Assembly (NCBI GenBank): GCA_035714925.1
Contig: DASTLN010000226.1
Location: 1 to 55,698, forward strand
Length of the DNA stretch: 55,698 nt
Source: Dehalococcoidia bacterium
GTDB taxonomy: Bacteria; Chloroflexota; Dehalococcoidia; DSTF01; WHTK01
Direction: 5' to 3'
A program made the translations under genes and the position numbers. The notes beneath the pieces are model-generated. The model had not been told where the DNA came from and did not search any database. It saw only the letters and a list, made by a program, of their open reading frames with translations. Below are positions 23,726-32,689 of the stretch, piece by piece; within the stretch, counting starts at the first letter, position 1; each line of letters opens with the position of its first letter.

Positions 23726-23932
23726 CTACAGCTTCAAGCCAAGCACTTCGCGGCTCAGAACGCCCGAGTCGATGCGCACCCGCACGTCCAGGACACGCAC
23801 CTTCACCGTCTTGCCGCCCTCGGCGATCACGACCTCCTCGCCCTTCTCGAAGCGATAGTCCGTGTCGATACGCAGCAACAGCGCCGCCTTCTGCGGCGAA
23901 AACGGGTCGGACTCGTAAAACTCGGTCTTCAT
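23726..23932 (-). CDS. 68-aa hypothetical protein
   Basis: The ORF is packed tightly between the permease and lipoprotein genes on the same strand. No recognisable motif. Confidence 0.45.
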   Translation of the reverse strand: MKTEFYESDPFSPQKAALLLRIDTDYRFEKGEEVVIAEGGKTVKVRVLDVRVRIDSGVLSREVLGLKL

Positions 23933-23950
23933 GCCAGCAATTCTACCGCG

Positions 23951-26900
23951 CTAGCCCGCGTATCTCAGCGCCTCCGCCACCGGCACCTGCGATGCGCTGC
24001 GCGCCGGGATGAACGTCATCACCGCGCTCGCCCCGTACGCGATTCCGATGATGATCAGCAGTCTCGCCCACGGGAAGTGGAAGTCGATCTCCGTGCCTGC
24101 CTCACCGATCAGTTCCGGGCTGCTCAACAGGTTGTACGAAAGCGCCGACCCCAGGAACAGCCCCATACCGATTCCCGCAAGTGCAATGAACGACGACTCC
24201 ATGAAGAAGGAAAGCGCGACCATCCTGCGCGTGTAACCCAACGCTCTCAGCATGCCGATCTGCTGACGGCGCTCCGCCACCGTACGGAACGCGATCACTC
24301 CCAGCGCCGCAATACCGACGATCAACCCCAGCCCCATGAACCCCTCGAACAGGTACTGGAAAGCACTCGACTGGGCCGCCTGGTCGTCTAACTCCTGTTG
24401 CAGCGAGTCGGCGACCGCGCCGCGCTCGAGCAACGCCGCTTCGATGCTCGAAGCCACCTCGACCGTTGCGGCCTTGGATTTGCCCAATGTCGTGAGATAG
24501 AAGCTCTCGACCTCACCGCCGCCGAGGCGTTCCTCCACGACTGACCGCTGCGTGAATATCGCCAGCCAGGCGAACGTCACCGACGTGACCTGCGGCTCCA
24601 GGACCCCGATAACGCGCAGCTCAAACTCCTCGCCCGTCTCCGGGTCACGGACCGTCACCACGATAGGCTCCCAAGGCGCGTCGCGCAGGTCCTCCGTACT
24701 CGGCCCCAGCCGGAAGGTGTCTTCGCCGCCGCCGAAGTCGTCCTGAGCCCCGGTCGTCGACCCGTCAACGATGGCCAGCGTCGGGTCCTTGAGCAACGCC
24801 TCAAACACGGCCGCATCCGAGTCGTAGCCGATGGCGCGTGTTGCCAGCGGAAAGTCCGCCAACCGCGCAAAGTCTTCGTCCATGCCCTGCAACCGGTAGG
24901 TCGCGAAGTCCTCGTCTGAGCCAACTGCCTTGACCTGCGGGTCGTCTGTCAGCAAGGTACCAATGCCGGAGACATTCGCGTCGACGTCGTAACCCGCCTC
25001 CGTCAGCGCCTCGGCAAGGTCAGGGATGCGGTTGGAAGAGGTCGGCTGCACCCGAACGTCAAAGCCGCCTTTGGCGTCCTCGCCCAGGAACAGCTGCGTG
25101 AAGTTGGAGTTCAGTGTCGCCATCACCACCAGGCTGAAGACCACCAGCGTGAACATCGCCAGCGTCATGCCGGTGCGGAACTTTGACGCCAGCGGGTACG
25201 AGATCGCCATTCGCATCGCCGGTGTGATGCCGCCCAGCACACGCGTCAGGGCATTGACGGCGCCCAGCAGCCGGTCCGCGTTGAAGATCACGAACAGCGT
25301 CGCCGCCGATGTCATCGCGATACCCGAAACGAAGAACATCTCGATGTCGCCGATGACCTTCCCGTCGGGTGCTATTCCCAGCAGCTTGGCGAGCTGGAAC
25401 AACGGGTCGCTGTAGTCCGACGCCTCATCCACGAAGAGGCTGAAGGGCAGCGGCAGCAGCCAGTACCACAGCACCAGCAGACTGGCGATCGTAAACGCCG
25501 GCCGCGCCTGCGCCCCGAAATAAACCGCCAGCATCGCGACGGCAAAGATGAACAGCGTCGTGCCGCCCGTATACGCGAACGCCATGCTCCCGGGCCAGCC
25601 ACCCCACCAGATCCCCAGCGCGCCGATGATCAACCCCCAGGTCGCCCAGCCACCCAGGTTGCGGCGCTGAGCCGCCCAGCGCCGCGTGCGGAACAGCAGC
25701 CACGTCACGAAGGCCATCACGTTGAAGATGACCCACCACAGCAGATAGCCGATGCGGCCGCGCCAGTTCATCGCGCTCAGCGGCTTGTTAACCCGCATCA
25801 CGCCCCAGACATAGGCGCCCGCCAGCACGCCGCCGGCGAGCAGCCCGGCGCCGTAAGTCCCAAGACCCAGCGTGAAGAAGACGAAGGCCGCCACGCCCCA
25901 GATCACCACCAGCGCGATCCAGACCAGAGTCCACACGACGGCCAACGCCGCCGGGAAGAGCTTCTGCAGCGATCCTTCCTTCGGACTCAACCTCGCCTGG
26001 TCCGGCAGGTCCCGGATCGCTTCAACGATATTCAAATTTGCGGCGCGCCAGGAGGAAAACGCCACTGTGATGAACGTGATCACCAGGCCAAGGAAATAGG
26101 CAATCACGAATCCTTGCGCGTTGAAATGGAAAGTGATGCCGAGGCCGAAATCATCGAAGATCTGCGCCATGATCCAGATCAAGAGACCGGCCACCGCCAG
26201 CCCCAGCAGCGCCCCGACCAGCGCCGAGCCGATGTTATAGGCCATCCCCTCCGCGATGAACGACTCCGTGAGGTGCATGCGCTTCATGCCGACGGCCCGC
26301 GCCATGCCCATCTCGGAGCGCCGCTCTGCCGCCAGCATGATGAACATCAGGAAGATCAACATCACGCCGGCCGCGATCGAGAAAAGGCCGAACACGACGA
26401 AGAAGGTGACGAAAATCGACCCAATCAATTCGGCGAAGTCGACCAGTTCCTGCTTCGTCGTGATGACTTCCATTGGCGCGCCGGACTCGTCGATGTAGTC
26501 CTCGACCCGCTCTTCGACGCCGTCGACTCGGCTCAGCGAATCGCGCACGCCGCCCACTGCCGACACCACTATGAGGTCGATGCGCTGCGATTCTCCGGTA
26601 ATCGACCGCCACTGCGTCAGCGAAGTGACGATTCCGCCCCGCGTGCCCGAGAAGCCATCTTCACCCTCGTTGGAGCTCGTCATCGCGTTGTCTCGCACGA
26701 TGTCCAGCACCACCAGCTCAACCGGCTGGTTGGCATAGTAGATCGTCAGGCTGTCCCCCACCTCCGCGCCAATCTCTTCGCTCAGCCGTTTCGTGATGTA
26801 CACCTGATCGCCGCTGAGCGCTGCTGCCGTGAGTCGCTGCCCGTCCGGAGAGTTCAGCCCGCTGAGCACATCCGCCGACTCGGGGTCGACACCCGCCAGC

Positions 26901-27358
26901 GTGGCCAGCGGCTCGGCGCGGCGGTCGGCCGTGTTGATCGCCGGTACCCGCGTCTGCACCAGGCCGCTGACGCCCTCGACGTCGATATCGTCAGCTAGCG
27001 CCTGACGCAGCCCTTCCACATCGGCATCGGTCAGCTCGGTCACGCCGGGAGGCGCCGCATTCCTGTCGAAGGCCAGCACTACGTCGGCGCCCTGCAGGTC
27101 GTTGTAGATTTGGTTGGTCACGGAGTAGCCGACGGTGTCGCCGGTCGCGAACGCCGCGCTGACGATCAGCGTCGCCAGCATCATCCCGATCACGATCAGC
27201 GTGGTCTGCGTCTTGCGCCGCACCACGTTGCGCAGTCCCATGCGGACCAGCAGAGGGTTGCGCCACCAGATCCAGACCAGCACGCCCGCGATCAGGAGCA
27301 CCAGCAGAGTCAATGCGATCAGGAAACTGCTGAGCGGTACGCCGAAAAGGTTATCCAC
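23951..27358 (-). CDS. ABC transporter permease with two FtsX-type domains (MacB-like)
   Basis: It is 1135 aa. The N-terminus RMGLRNVVRRKTQTTLIVIGMMLATLIVSAAF and the internal and C-terminal FtsX blocks (MLRALGYTRRMVALSFFMES) fit. GTG start at 27358. Confidence 0.88.
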   Translation of the reverse strand: MDNLFGVPLSSFLIALTLLVLLIAGVLVWIWWRNPLLVRMGLRNVVRRKTQTTLIVIGMMLATLIVSAAFATGDTVGYSVTNQIYNDLQGADVVLAFDRNAAPPGVTELTDADVEGLRQALADDIDVEGVSGLVQTRVPAINTADRRAEPLATLAGVDPESADVLSGLNSPDGQRLTAAALSGDQVYITKRLSEEIGAEVGDSLTIYYANQPVELVVLDIVRDNAMTSSNEGEDGFSGTRGGIVTSLTQWRSITGESQRIDLIVVSAVGGVRDSLSRVDGVEERVEDYIDESGAPMEVITTKQELVDFAELIGSIFVTFFVVFGLFSIAAGVMLIFLMFIMLAAERRSEMGMARAVGMKRMHLTESFIAEGMAYNIGSALVGALLGLAVAGLLIWIMAQIFDDFGLGITFHFNAQGFVIAYFLGLVITFITVAFSSWRAANLNIVEAIRDLPDQARLSPKEGSLQKLFPAALAVVWTLVWIALVVIWGVAAFVFFTLGLGTYGAGLLAGGVLAGAYVWGVMRVNKPLSAMNWRGRIGYLLWWVIFNVMAFVTWLLFRTRRWAAQRRNLGGWATWGLIIGALGIWWGGWPGSMAFAYTGGTTLFIFAVAMLAVYFGAQARPAFTIASLLVLWYWLLPLPFSLFVDEASDYSDPLFQLAKLLGIAPDGKVIGDIEMFFVSGIAMTSAATLFVIFNADRLLGAVNALTRVLGGITPAMRMAISYPLASKFRTGMTLAMFTLVVFSLVVMATLNSNFTQLFLGEDAKGGFDVRVQPTSSNRIPDLAEALTEAGYDVDANVSGIGTLLTDDPQVKAVGSDEDFATYRLQGMDEDFARLADFPLATRAIGYDSDAAVFEALLKDPTLAIVDGSTTGAQDDFGGGEDTFRLGPSTEDLRDAPWEPIVVTVRDPETGEEFELRVIGVLEPQVTSVTFAWLAIFTQRSVVEERLGGGEVESFYLTTLGKSKAATVEVASSIEAALLERGAVADSLQQELDDQAAQSSAFQYLFEGFMGLGLIVGIAALGVIAFRTVAERRQQIGMLRALGYTRRMVALSFFMESSFIALAGIGMGLFLGSALSYNLLSSPELIGEAGTEIDFHFPWARLLIIIGIAYGASAVMTFIPARSASQVPVAEALRYAG

Positions 27359-27403
27359 GCCGCTTCATCCCCCGGCAAACAGTGTTCCGCCGTACCTCCG
27401 CCT

Positions 27404-28147
27404 TCATTTCGCGCTGCGGGCGACGGCGAGGCCGCGTTCGGTCCGCGTCTCCTCGCTGATCTGCCCGTCGAGCATGTTGATGATGCGATTCGTCGACTGG
27501 GCGATCCGCAGATCGTGCGTCACGATAACGAACGTCTGCTGGTTGCGCTCGTTCAGCCCGACGATCAGCTCCATGATCTCGTCCGCGTTTTTCGAGTCGA
27601 GGTCACCCGTCGGTTCGTCGGCCCAGACGATGGCGGGCTCGTTGACCAGCGCCCGTGCGATCGTCACGCGCTGCCGCTGTCCGCCGGAGAGCTGCGCCGG
27701 CTTGTGTCCCGCCCAGCCTTCGAGATGGACCAAAGCCAGCGACTGCATCGCCCGTTCGCGCGCTTCCCTGGCCGGCACGCCGCTGACTAGCAAAGGCATC
27801 TCCACGTTTTCCGCCGCGCTGAGCACGGGCAGCAGGTTGTAGAACTGGAACACAAAGCCCATACGCTGGGCCCGGTAGTGGCTCTTGTCGTCGTCCGAAA
27901 GCGAGTTGAGGTCGACGCCGTCTACCCGGACCAGGCCATCGTCAATGGCATCGAGACCGCTGAGGCAGTTCAGCAACGTCGTCTTGCCGCAGCCCGATGG
28001 GCCCATGATCGCCACCATGTCGCCTTTCGGCACCTGCAGCGACACACCGCGTAGGGCGTGCACCTCAACGTCGTCGGTCTGATACGTCTTCACCACGTCC
28101 ACCGCCTCAACGGCGAACGAGCTGGCGATGTCTTCGGTTTGGTTCAT
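27404..28147 (-). CDS. ABC transporter ATP-binding protein (MacB/LolD-like)
   Basis: Walker [10 protein letters not shown], signature LSGGQRQR and Walker [13 protein letters not shown] are present. ATG at 28147 (MNQTEDI) is preferred over the longer track ORF. Confidence 0.92.
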   Translation of the reverse strand: MNQTEDIASSFAVEAVDVVKTYQTDDVEVHALRGVSLQVPKGDMVAIMGPSGCGKTTLLNCLSGLDAIDDGLVRVDGVDLNSLSDDDKSHYRAQRMGFVFQFYNLLPVLSAAENVEMPLLVSGVPAREARERAMQSLALVHLEGWAGHKPAQLSGGQRQRVTIARALVNEPAIVWADEPTGDLDSKNADEIMELIVGLNERNQQTFVIVTHDLRIAQSTNRIINMLDGQISEETRTERGLAVARSAK

Positions 28148-28289
28148 GCGTAGCTCCGGGGAAAGGACGGCGTTACGCCGTGAAATCGCGCACAAGTGGC
28201 TCTACTAGGCTACCGCAACCAGTCGGCAGATGACACCCACGGTTTCGATAGACGGCAAGCGGTAAGATCAGTCCTGGAGTAAGCGATGA

Positions 28290-28475
28290 CATCATCAAGC
28301 GACAGGCGTTCTTGACCTGCTGGCGGAACGCGTCGTGGTCATCTGGTACGCCGAAATCGTCCGCTGGTTCGGCGATAAGGACACGACAACACGGCGCTTG
28401 ATGGAGGAGCTCCTGGCCAAAGAAGAGAAGCACGCCAACGATTTAGCGGACCTCATGGAAGAGCTCGACCGCTGA
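28290..28475 (+). pseudogene. Ferritin-like (bacterioferritin/rubrerythrin-type) C-terminal fragment
   Basis: The + frame reads ..LDLLAERVVVIWYAEIVRWFGDKDTTTRRLMEELLAKEEKHANDLADLMEELDR*. It has no ATG and an in-frame TGA at 28287-28289. It resembles only the last helix of ferritin-like proteins (LL.eiL..EE.H.d.L...L). Confidence 0.35.
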
Positions 28476-28519
28476 CAACTCTTGTCACTTTCCCTTTCAT
28501 GGTGTATGGTGTATACACC

Positions 28520-28792
28520 ATGAAACGAAAGCAGATTTACGTTGATCCCCAGCATGATGAGCAGCTTCAGCAGCTGGCCCTCAGCCGTAAGGTGCCTGTC
28601 TCCCTGCTGATTCGCGAAGCCATTGCAGAGTACCTCGTTGAGCAAGAAGAAGCTCCGTCTCTGGAACGTCCGGAGGATCACCCCCTCTGGGGCATCGTCG
28701 GCCTCGTTGATGATCCGGAAGCACCGACCGACGGCGCTGAGAACCACGACCATTACCTCTACGGCGCCCCAAAGCGCCGCTCTCGCAAGTGA
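28520..28792 (+). CDS. vapB: Ribbon-helix-helix (CopG/VapB-type) antitoxin
   Basis: MKRKQIYVDPQHDEQLQQLALSRKVPVSLLIREAIAEYL is an RHH pattern. The gene overlaps the downstream PIN gene by 4 nt. Confidence 0.75.
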   Translation: MKRKQIYVDPQHDEQLQQLALSRKVPVSLLIREAIAEYLVEQEEAPSLERPEDHPLWGIVGLVDDPEAPTDGAENHDHYLYGAPKRRSRK

Positions 28793-29202
28793 CGTTGGCT
28801 TTCGTCGATACCGGCGCCTGGATCGCCCTCATGGTGCCGCGCGACGGCCACCATAGACAAGCGCGGGAATTCTTTCGAGATGTCGCGACTGTAGCGCGGC
28901 TCCTCACGTCGAATTACGTCCTTGCGGAGACGGTGACTTGGCTTGCCTATCACGGCCTACGACATCGAGCTGTTCAACTGCGTGAGATGGTGACCGCTGC
29001 CGCGGCTATGCGCCGCCTGGAAATCGTTTGGGCGACACCGGAAATCGATGCGGAGGCCTGGGACTACTATCAGCGCCTCGACTCCCGCGAACTCTCGTTT
29101 TGCGATTGCGCCAGCTTCGCGATCAGCCATTCGCGCAGCGTGGACTATGTTTTCGGTTTCGATACTGATTTTCGAATCGCGGGCCTCGAACTCAGGCCCT
29201 GA
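28789..29202 (+). CDS. vapC: PIN-domain toxin VapC
   Basis: The N-terminal FVDTGAWIAL carries the first acidic residue, and later SFCDCASFAI and FGFDTDF fit the PIN acidic residues. The GTG start overlaps the antitoxin stop. Confidence 0.8.
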   Translation: MTLAFVDTGAWIALMVPRDGHHRQAREFFRDVATVARLLTSNYVLAETVTWLAYHGLRHRAVQLREMVTAAAAMRRLEIVWATPEIDAEAWDYYQRLDSRELSFCDCASFAISHSRSVDYVFGFDTDFRIAGLELRP

Positions 29203-29215
29203 CGCCTCGGCCGCC

Positions 29216-30100
29216 CTACTCGCCCTGCGACGAACCGCGCAGGAAGTCCTCGATGTCCTGGACAATGCTCTCGGTCGCCGGAAGCTCCTCCTCGACGACC
29301 TCGTAATCGTCATCGTCGTCGAAGCCCTCTGAGTCGATGCGCTCTTCCAACGACTTCACGTAGTCGGAGACCTCGGTATTGCGCGACGTCGCCTCGTTAA
29401 GCTGCGCGTCGAAGGCGGCTGAGGCGCGCACCATGCGGCCCAATGGCACTTCCAGCGATAGCATCGCGCTCAGTGACTTCAGCAACGCCAGCGTCGCCGG
29501 CGGGTTCGGCGATGCCGAGACGTAGTGAGGCACGTTGGCCCAGATGCTGCCGTTCTGCACAGTCTTGTCCCGCAACGAGGCGCTGAAAACGCCGTTGATC
29601 CCCGTCGGGCCCTCGTAGCGGCCGCCCCGCGTGTAGATCCCGGCGCGCTCCAGCATCTCGGCGTCGGGCGCCGTGCCGGTTACGCGCATCGGGCGCGTGT
29701 GCGGGTAGTCGACGAACAACGCGCCGAGCGAGATAACGAGCTTCACGTCGAACTTCTCAATCACTTCCATCATCGAAGCCGCGTATGTCTTCCAACGGAG
29801 ATGGGGTTCGATGCCGTTGAAGATGATCAGGTCCTGGTCGCCGGTCTGGTGGTAGTAAAAGGCGTTGTCCGGCCAATCGATGACACGCTGCTCGCCCTCG
29901 TAGCGCACCGTGGGTCGCAGCTGCGTGAAGTCGTAAAACTCCTCCGCCTCGAACTCCGCGATCCGCGTCGCGTGCCAGCGGTCGATCAAGTACTGCGCGG
30001 CGCCACTGGCAGCCCCGCCGGCGTCCGACCAGCCCGCGAAGGCCACGATCAGGATTGGCTCTTTCAACTCCGGCGTCTGCAGGATACGCAGATAGGTCAT
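29216..30100 (-). CDS. PAC2 (proteasome assembly chaperone 2-like) family protein
   Basis: LKEPILIVAFAGWSDAGGAASGAAQYL matches the PAC2 family N-terminus. ATG at 30100 has GGAGG 8 nt upstream. Confidence 0.7.
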   Translation of the reverse strand: MTYLRILQTPELKEPILIVAFAGWSDAGGAASGAAQYLIDRWHATRIAEFEAEEFYDFTQLRPTVRYEGEQRVIDWPDNAFYYHQTGDQDLIIFNGIEPHLRWKTYAASMMEVIEKFDVKLVISLGALFVDYPHTRPMRVTGTAPDAEMLERAGIYTRGGRYEGPTGINGVFSASLRDKTVQNGSIWANVPHYVSASPNPPATLALLKSLSAMLSLEVPLGRMVRASAAFDAQLNEATSRNTEVSDYVKSLEERIDSEGFDDDDDYEVVEEELPATESIVQDIEDFLRGSSQGE

Positions 30101-30192
30101 AAGGGTGGCCTCCAATCCAAGGCGTCCTGGCCACTTAGACTTGTCTCGATTCTAGCATGGGCAGGAATCGGGTCGAGAGTCCTGCGCTCCGC

Positions 30193-30253
30193 CCCCTGTT
30201 GCCCTCACCGCTGAGGAGCGCACACACAGCTCCCCTGTTCCCCGTCCCCTGTT
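30193..30253 (+). repeat. Three dispersed copies of CCCCTGTT in the tRNA-Phe 3' flank
   Basis: CCCCTGTT occurs at 30193-30200, 30232-30239 and 30246-30253. Confidence 0.7.
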
Positions 30254-30280
30254 GCGTGTTCCCTGGGGGGTGTCGCACGG

Positions 30281-30356
30281 TGGTGCCAAGGGCCGGACTT
30301 GAACCGGCGACCCCAGCTTTTTCAGAGCTGTGCTCTACCAACTGAGCTACCTTGGC
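30281..30356 (-). tRNA. tRNA-Phe (anticodon GAA), CCA encoded
   Basis: The reverse complement is GCCAAGGTAGCTCAGTTGGTAGAGCACAGCTCTGAAAAAGCTGGGGTCGCCGGTTCAAGTCCGGCCCTTGGCACCA. It folds with a 7-bp acceptor stem, D stem GCTC/GAGC, anticodon stem CAGCT/AGCTG with loop CTGAAAA, and T stem GCCGG/CCGGC with loop TTCAAGT. Confidence 0.95.
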
Positions 30357-30415
30357 ACGTGGGACAGGCGTCAACTATAGGAATTCGCCGCGCGGCAAGT
30401 CAATCCAGACCAGGC

Positions 30416-31033
30416 CTACTGCAGATTCGATACCACCTGCTGCATCGCCGTCGTCAGAGTCTCCAGAGCCGCCTCGTCGGGGCGGTTCGGTCCCGCGATG
30501 TTGATCTGGATGTAGAGGCTGCTGGTCAGCGCCGCCATGGTTAGAAAGCGGTAGTTGTTCGGCGTGTCCATCCCGGGCAACGCGAACGCTTCGTCGCCGA
30601 TCCCTGGTACGCTCACCGCGCCTTCGACGTCGCGGTAGTTACTCTCGAACACCGACGTCGCAAACTGCGCTGTACGGATCGTCAGCATCACGAATCGATT
30701 GCCGGTCTTGGTCCCCTGCCACTGGCAGGTCGAAACTGCCTCCGTCGGCGGCTCACCCGCGCTCGAAGCGACCGTGTCATCACCTAACGCGGCGTTCACT
30801 TGCCCTTCGGTAAGCAGCGTACAGGCGTCCTGCAAGGTCGTACCGCCTCCGCCGCCCGGCGACCCGCCACCCACCACCTGCGTGGGCGCCTCCGCTCCTC
30901 CGCCACCGCCACTGCTCCCACCGTCGCCACCCGGCGACCCTCCACCGTCGTCGCCGCCGCCACACGCGACGCCAAGCGCCAGACTGAGCCCGACCAGTAC
31001 CGCGAGCAGAGAACGCAACTTCATTTCCTCCAA
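30416..31033 (-). CDS. Secreted lipoprotein with Gly-rich linker
   Basis: The signal plus lipobox is LSLALGVACGGG, followed by a Gly/Ser-rich stretch and then a Cys-containing globular part. Confidence 0.6.
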   Translation of the reverse strand: MEEMKLRSLLAVLVGLSLALGVACGGGDDGGGSPGGDGGSSGGGGGAEAPTQVVGGGSPGGGGGTTLQDACTLLTEGQVNAALGDDTVASSAGEPPTEAVSTCQWQGTKTGNRFVMLTIRTAQFATSVFESNYRDVEGAVSVPGIGDEAFALPGMDTPNNYRFLTMAALTSSLYIQINIAGPNRPDEAALETLTTAMQQVVSNLQ

Positions 31034-31160
31034 CCTGCGCCAGTGCTAACAATGTAGCGCCCGCAAACCATACGCTCCAGCACCGCAGCCGCTCTGCCGG
31101 ACCCGCGCGACGAAGCCTGCAGGGCGCGCCAAACGAATCTAAAACGCCGCATCGTGACGC

Positions 31161-31190
31161 TTGACACAAACTCGAAGCCAAACCTATGCT
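31161..31190 (+). promoter_or_regulatory. Candidate sigma70-type promoter TTGACA-18 nt-TATGCT upstream of the cytochrome oxidase operon
   Basis: TTGACA at 31161-31166 and TATGCT at 31185-31190, about 50 nt upstream of ATG 31240. Confidence 0.45.
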
Positions 31191-31239
31191 GCGGGTGCCC
31201 TGCCCGTCTTGGCAGGCGGGCGACGGGGGAGGGATCCGA

Positions 31240-32055
31240 ATGACTCAAGACCCTGCGGGCCGCCCCAGGCCGCCAGTCTCGATAATCATCGCGGCTACCC
31301 TCATTCTTATCCTCGCGATTGTCACCGTGGTTGGCGCGGTCACCGTATTCCAACTGCCGGACGCCGTCACCGAAGCTGGCAAGGACGTTGACCTGCTTTA
31401 CCAGGCTGTCCTCGCTGTCTCCTTCTTCGTCTTCTTCCTTGTTACCGCGGGCATCATCTGGGCCGTATTCCGCTACCGCCGTGTCGATGACACGATCCCG
31501 GAGCAGGTTCACGGCAGCAGCGTCCTTGAGTTCACCTGGACCATCATCCCGATCATCATCCTCGTGGCGCTCTTCATCCCGGCGCTGGTCATTCTGCTCG
31601 ACCTCAAGACGCCGCCCGATGACGCCGACATCGACCTCACCGTGGAAGCCGTCGGCCACCAGTGGTGGTGGGAGTTCAGGTACCTCGACGACGGCGTCAC
31701 CGTCCAGGCAACGCCGCCCAACTACGACGATCTTGTCCCGCCGGCGCTCGTATTGCCCGTCGGCAAGACCATCGTTATCAAGGTACGCTCAACCGACGTC
31801 GTCCACAGCTTCTCGGCGCCCAACACGCTCTACAAGATTCAGGCCATTCCCGGCACGATTAACCAGATGCACCTCGTCATCGAGGAAGAGGGCGTCTACA
31901 TCGGCCAGTGCTACCAATTCTGCGGCCTGCGCCACTCCGACATGCTCTTCGTCATCGACGCCCGCTCCGAGGCCGACTACGAAGCCTGGCTTTCTGAGAC
32001 GCAGGCCGCGCAGGGCGTGAAGCCACAACAGACCGCATCTAGAGGGGACGACTAG
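31240..32055 (+). CDS. ctaC: Cytochrome c oxidase subunit II
   Basis: GHQWWWEFRY and the CuA site DVVHSF...CYQFCGLRHSDM are present. ATG at 31240 follows a GGGGGAGGG stretch. Confidence 0.93.
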   Translation: MTQDPAGRPRPPVSIIIAATLILILAIVTVVGAVTVFQLPDAVTEAGKDVDLLYQAVLAVSFFVFFLVTAGIIWAVFRYRRVDDTIPEQVHGSSVLEFTWTIIPIIILVALFIPALVILLDLKTPPDDADIDLTVEAVGHQWWWEFRYLDDGVTVQATPPNYDDLVPPALVLPVGKTIVIKVRSTDVVHSFSAPNTLYKIQAIPGTINQMHLVIEEEGVYIGQCYQFCGLRHSDMLFVIDARSEADYEAWLSETQAAQGVKPQQTASRGDD

Positions 32056-32057
32056 GT

Positions 32058-32660
32058 ATGGCGATTCACGCCGCTGCCGCGCCGGCTCACGCTCACGCCA
32101 CTGAGGGTATGAGCCGTGGCATGGCCGGTATGGTCCTTTTCATCGCCTCGGAGATCATGCTCTTCGGCGGCATGTTTGCCGGCTACTTCTACGTCCGCAA
32201 CCAGGCCGTCGACTGGCCGCCTCCGGACATCGAGCACACGGTCGACAAGACCTTTGGCGTGATCCTCTCCGTCTTTCTGATCTCCAGCAGCGTCACGGCG
32301 CATGCGGCCATCGTCTCCTTGAAAAAGGGCAACCAACAGATATTCAAGCTCGGGCTCGTCCTCACGCTCGTCCTCGGTGGCGTATTTATCGGCGGCCAGA
32401 TCTACGAGTGGCTCAACCTCATGGACGAAGGCCTCAATGCCAGCTCCGGCACCTACGGCGCCACTTTCTTCCTCATCACCGGCTTCCACGGTTCGCACGT
32501 CATCGTCGGCCTCGCGATGCTGTTCGTCGTTCTCTTGCGGGCCTTCTGGAGCGACTTCACACCGACACGGCACCTCTTCGCCGACGCGTCTGTGCTGTAC
32601 TGGCACTTCGTCGACGTGGTCTGGATATTCGTGCTATCGATTCTCTACCTGTCGTATTAG
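32058..32660 (+). CDS. ctaE: Cytochrome c oxidase subunit III
   Basis: This 200-aa polytopic protein has FFLITGFHGSHVIVG and LYWHFVDVVWIFV motifs. Confidence 0.9.
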   Translation: MAIHAAAAPAHAHATEGMSRGMAGMVLFIASEIMLFGGMFAGYFYVRNQAVDWPPPDIEHTVDKTFGVILSVFLISSSVTAHAAIVSLKKGNQQIFKLGLVLTLVLGGVFIGGQIYEWLNLMDEGLNASSGTYGATFFLITGFHGSHVIVGLAMLFVVLLRAFWSDFTPTRHLFADASVLYWHFVDVVWIFVLSILYLSY

Positions 32661-32689
32661 TACGCAGGCCCACCGGGGGGTGAGCTAAC

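Noticed and set aside
28173-28753. Minus-strand ORFs 28173..28433 and 28295..28753
   Set aside because: They overlap the ABC operon upstream region, the ferritin-like fragment and the RHH antitoxin gene. They have no motifs, and the + strand readings are more coherent.
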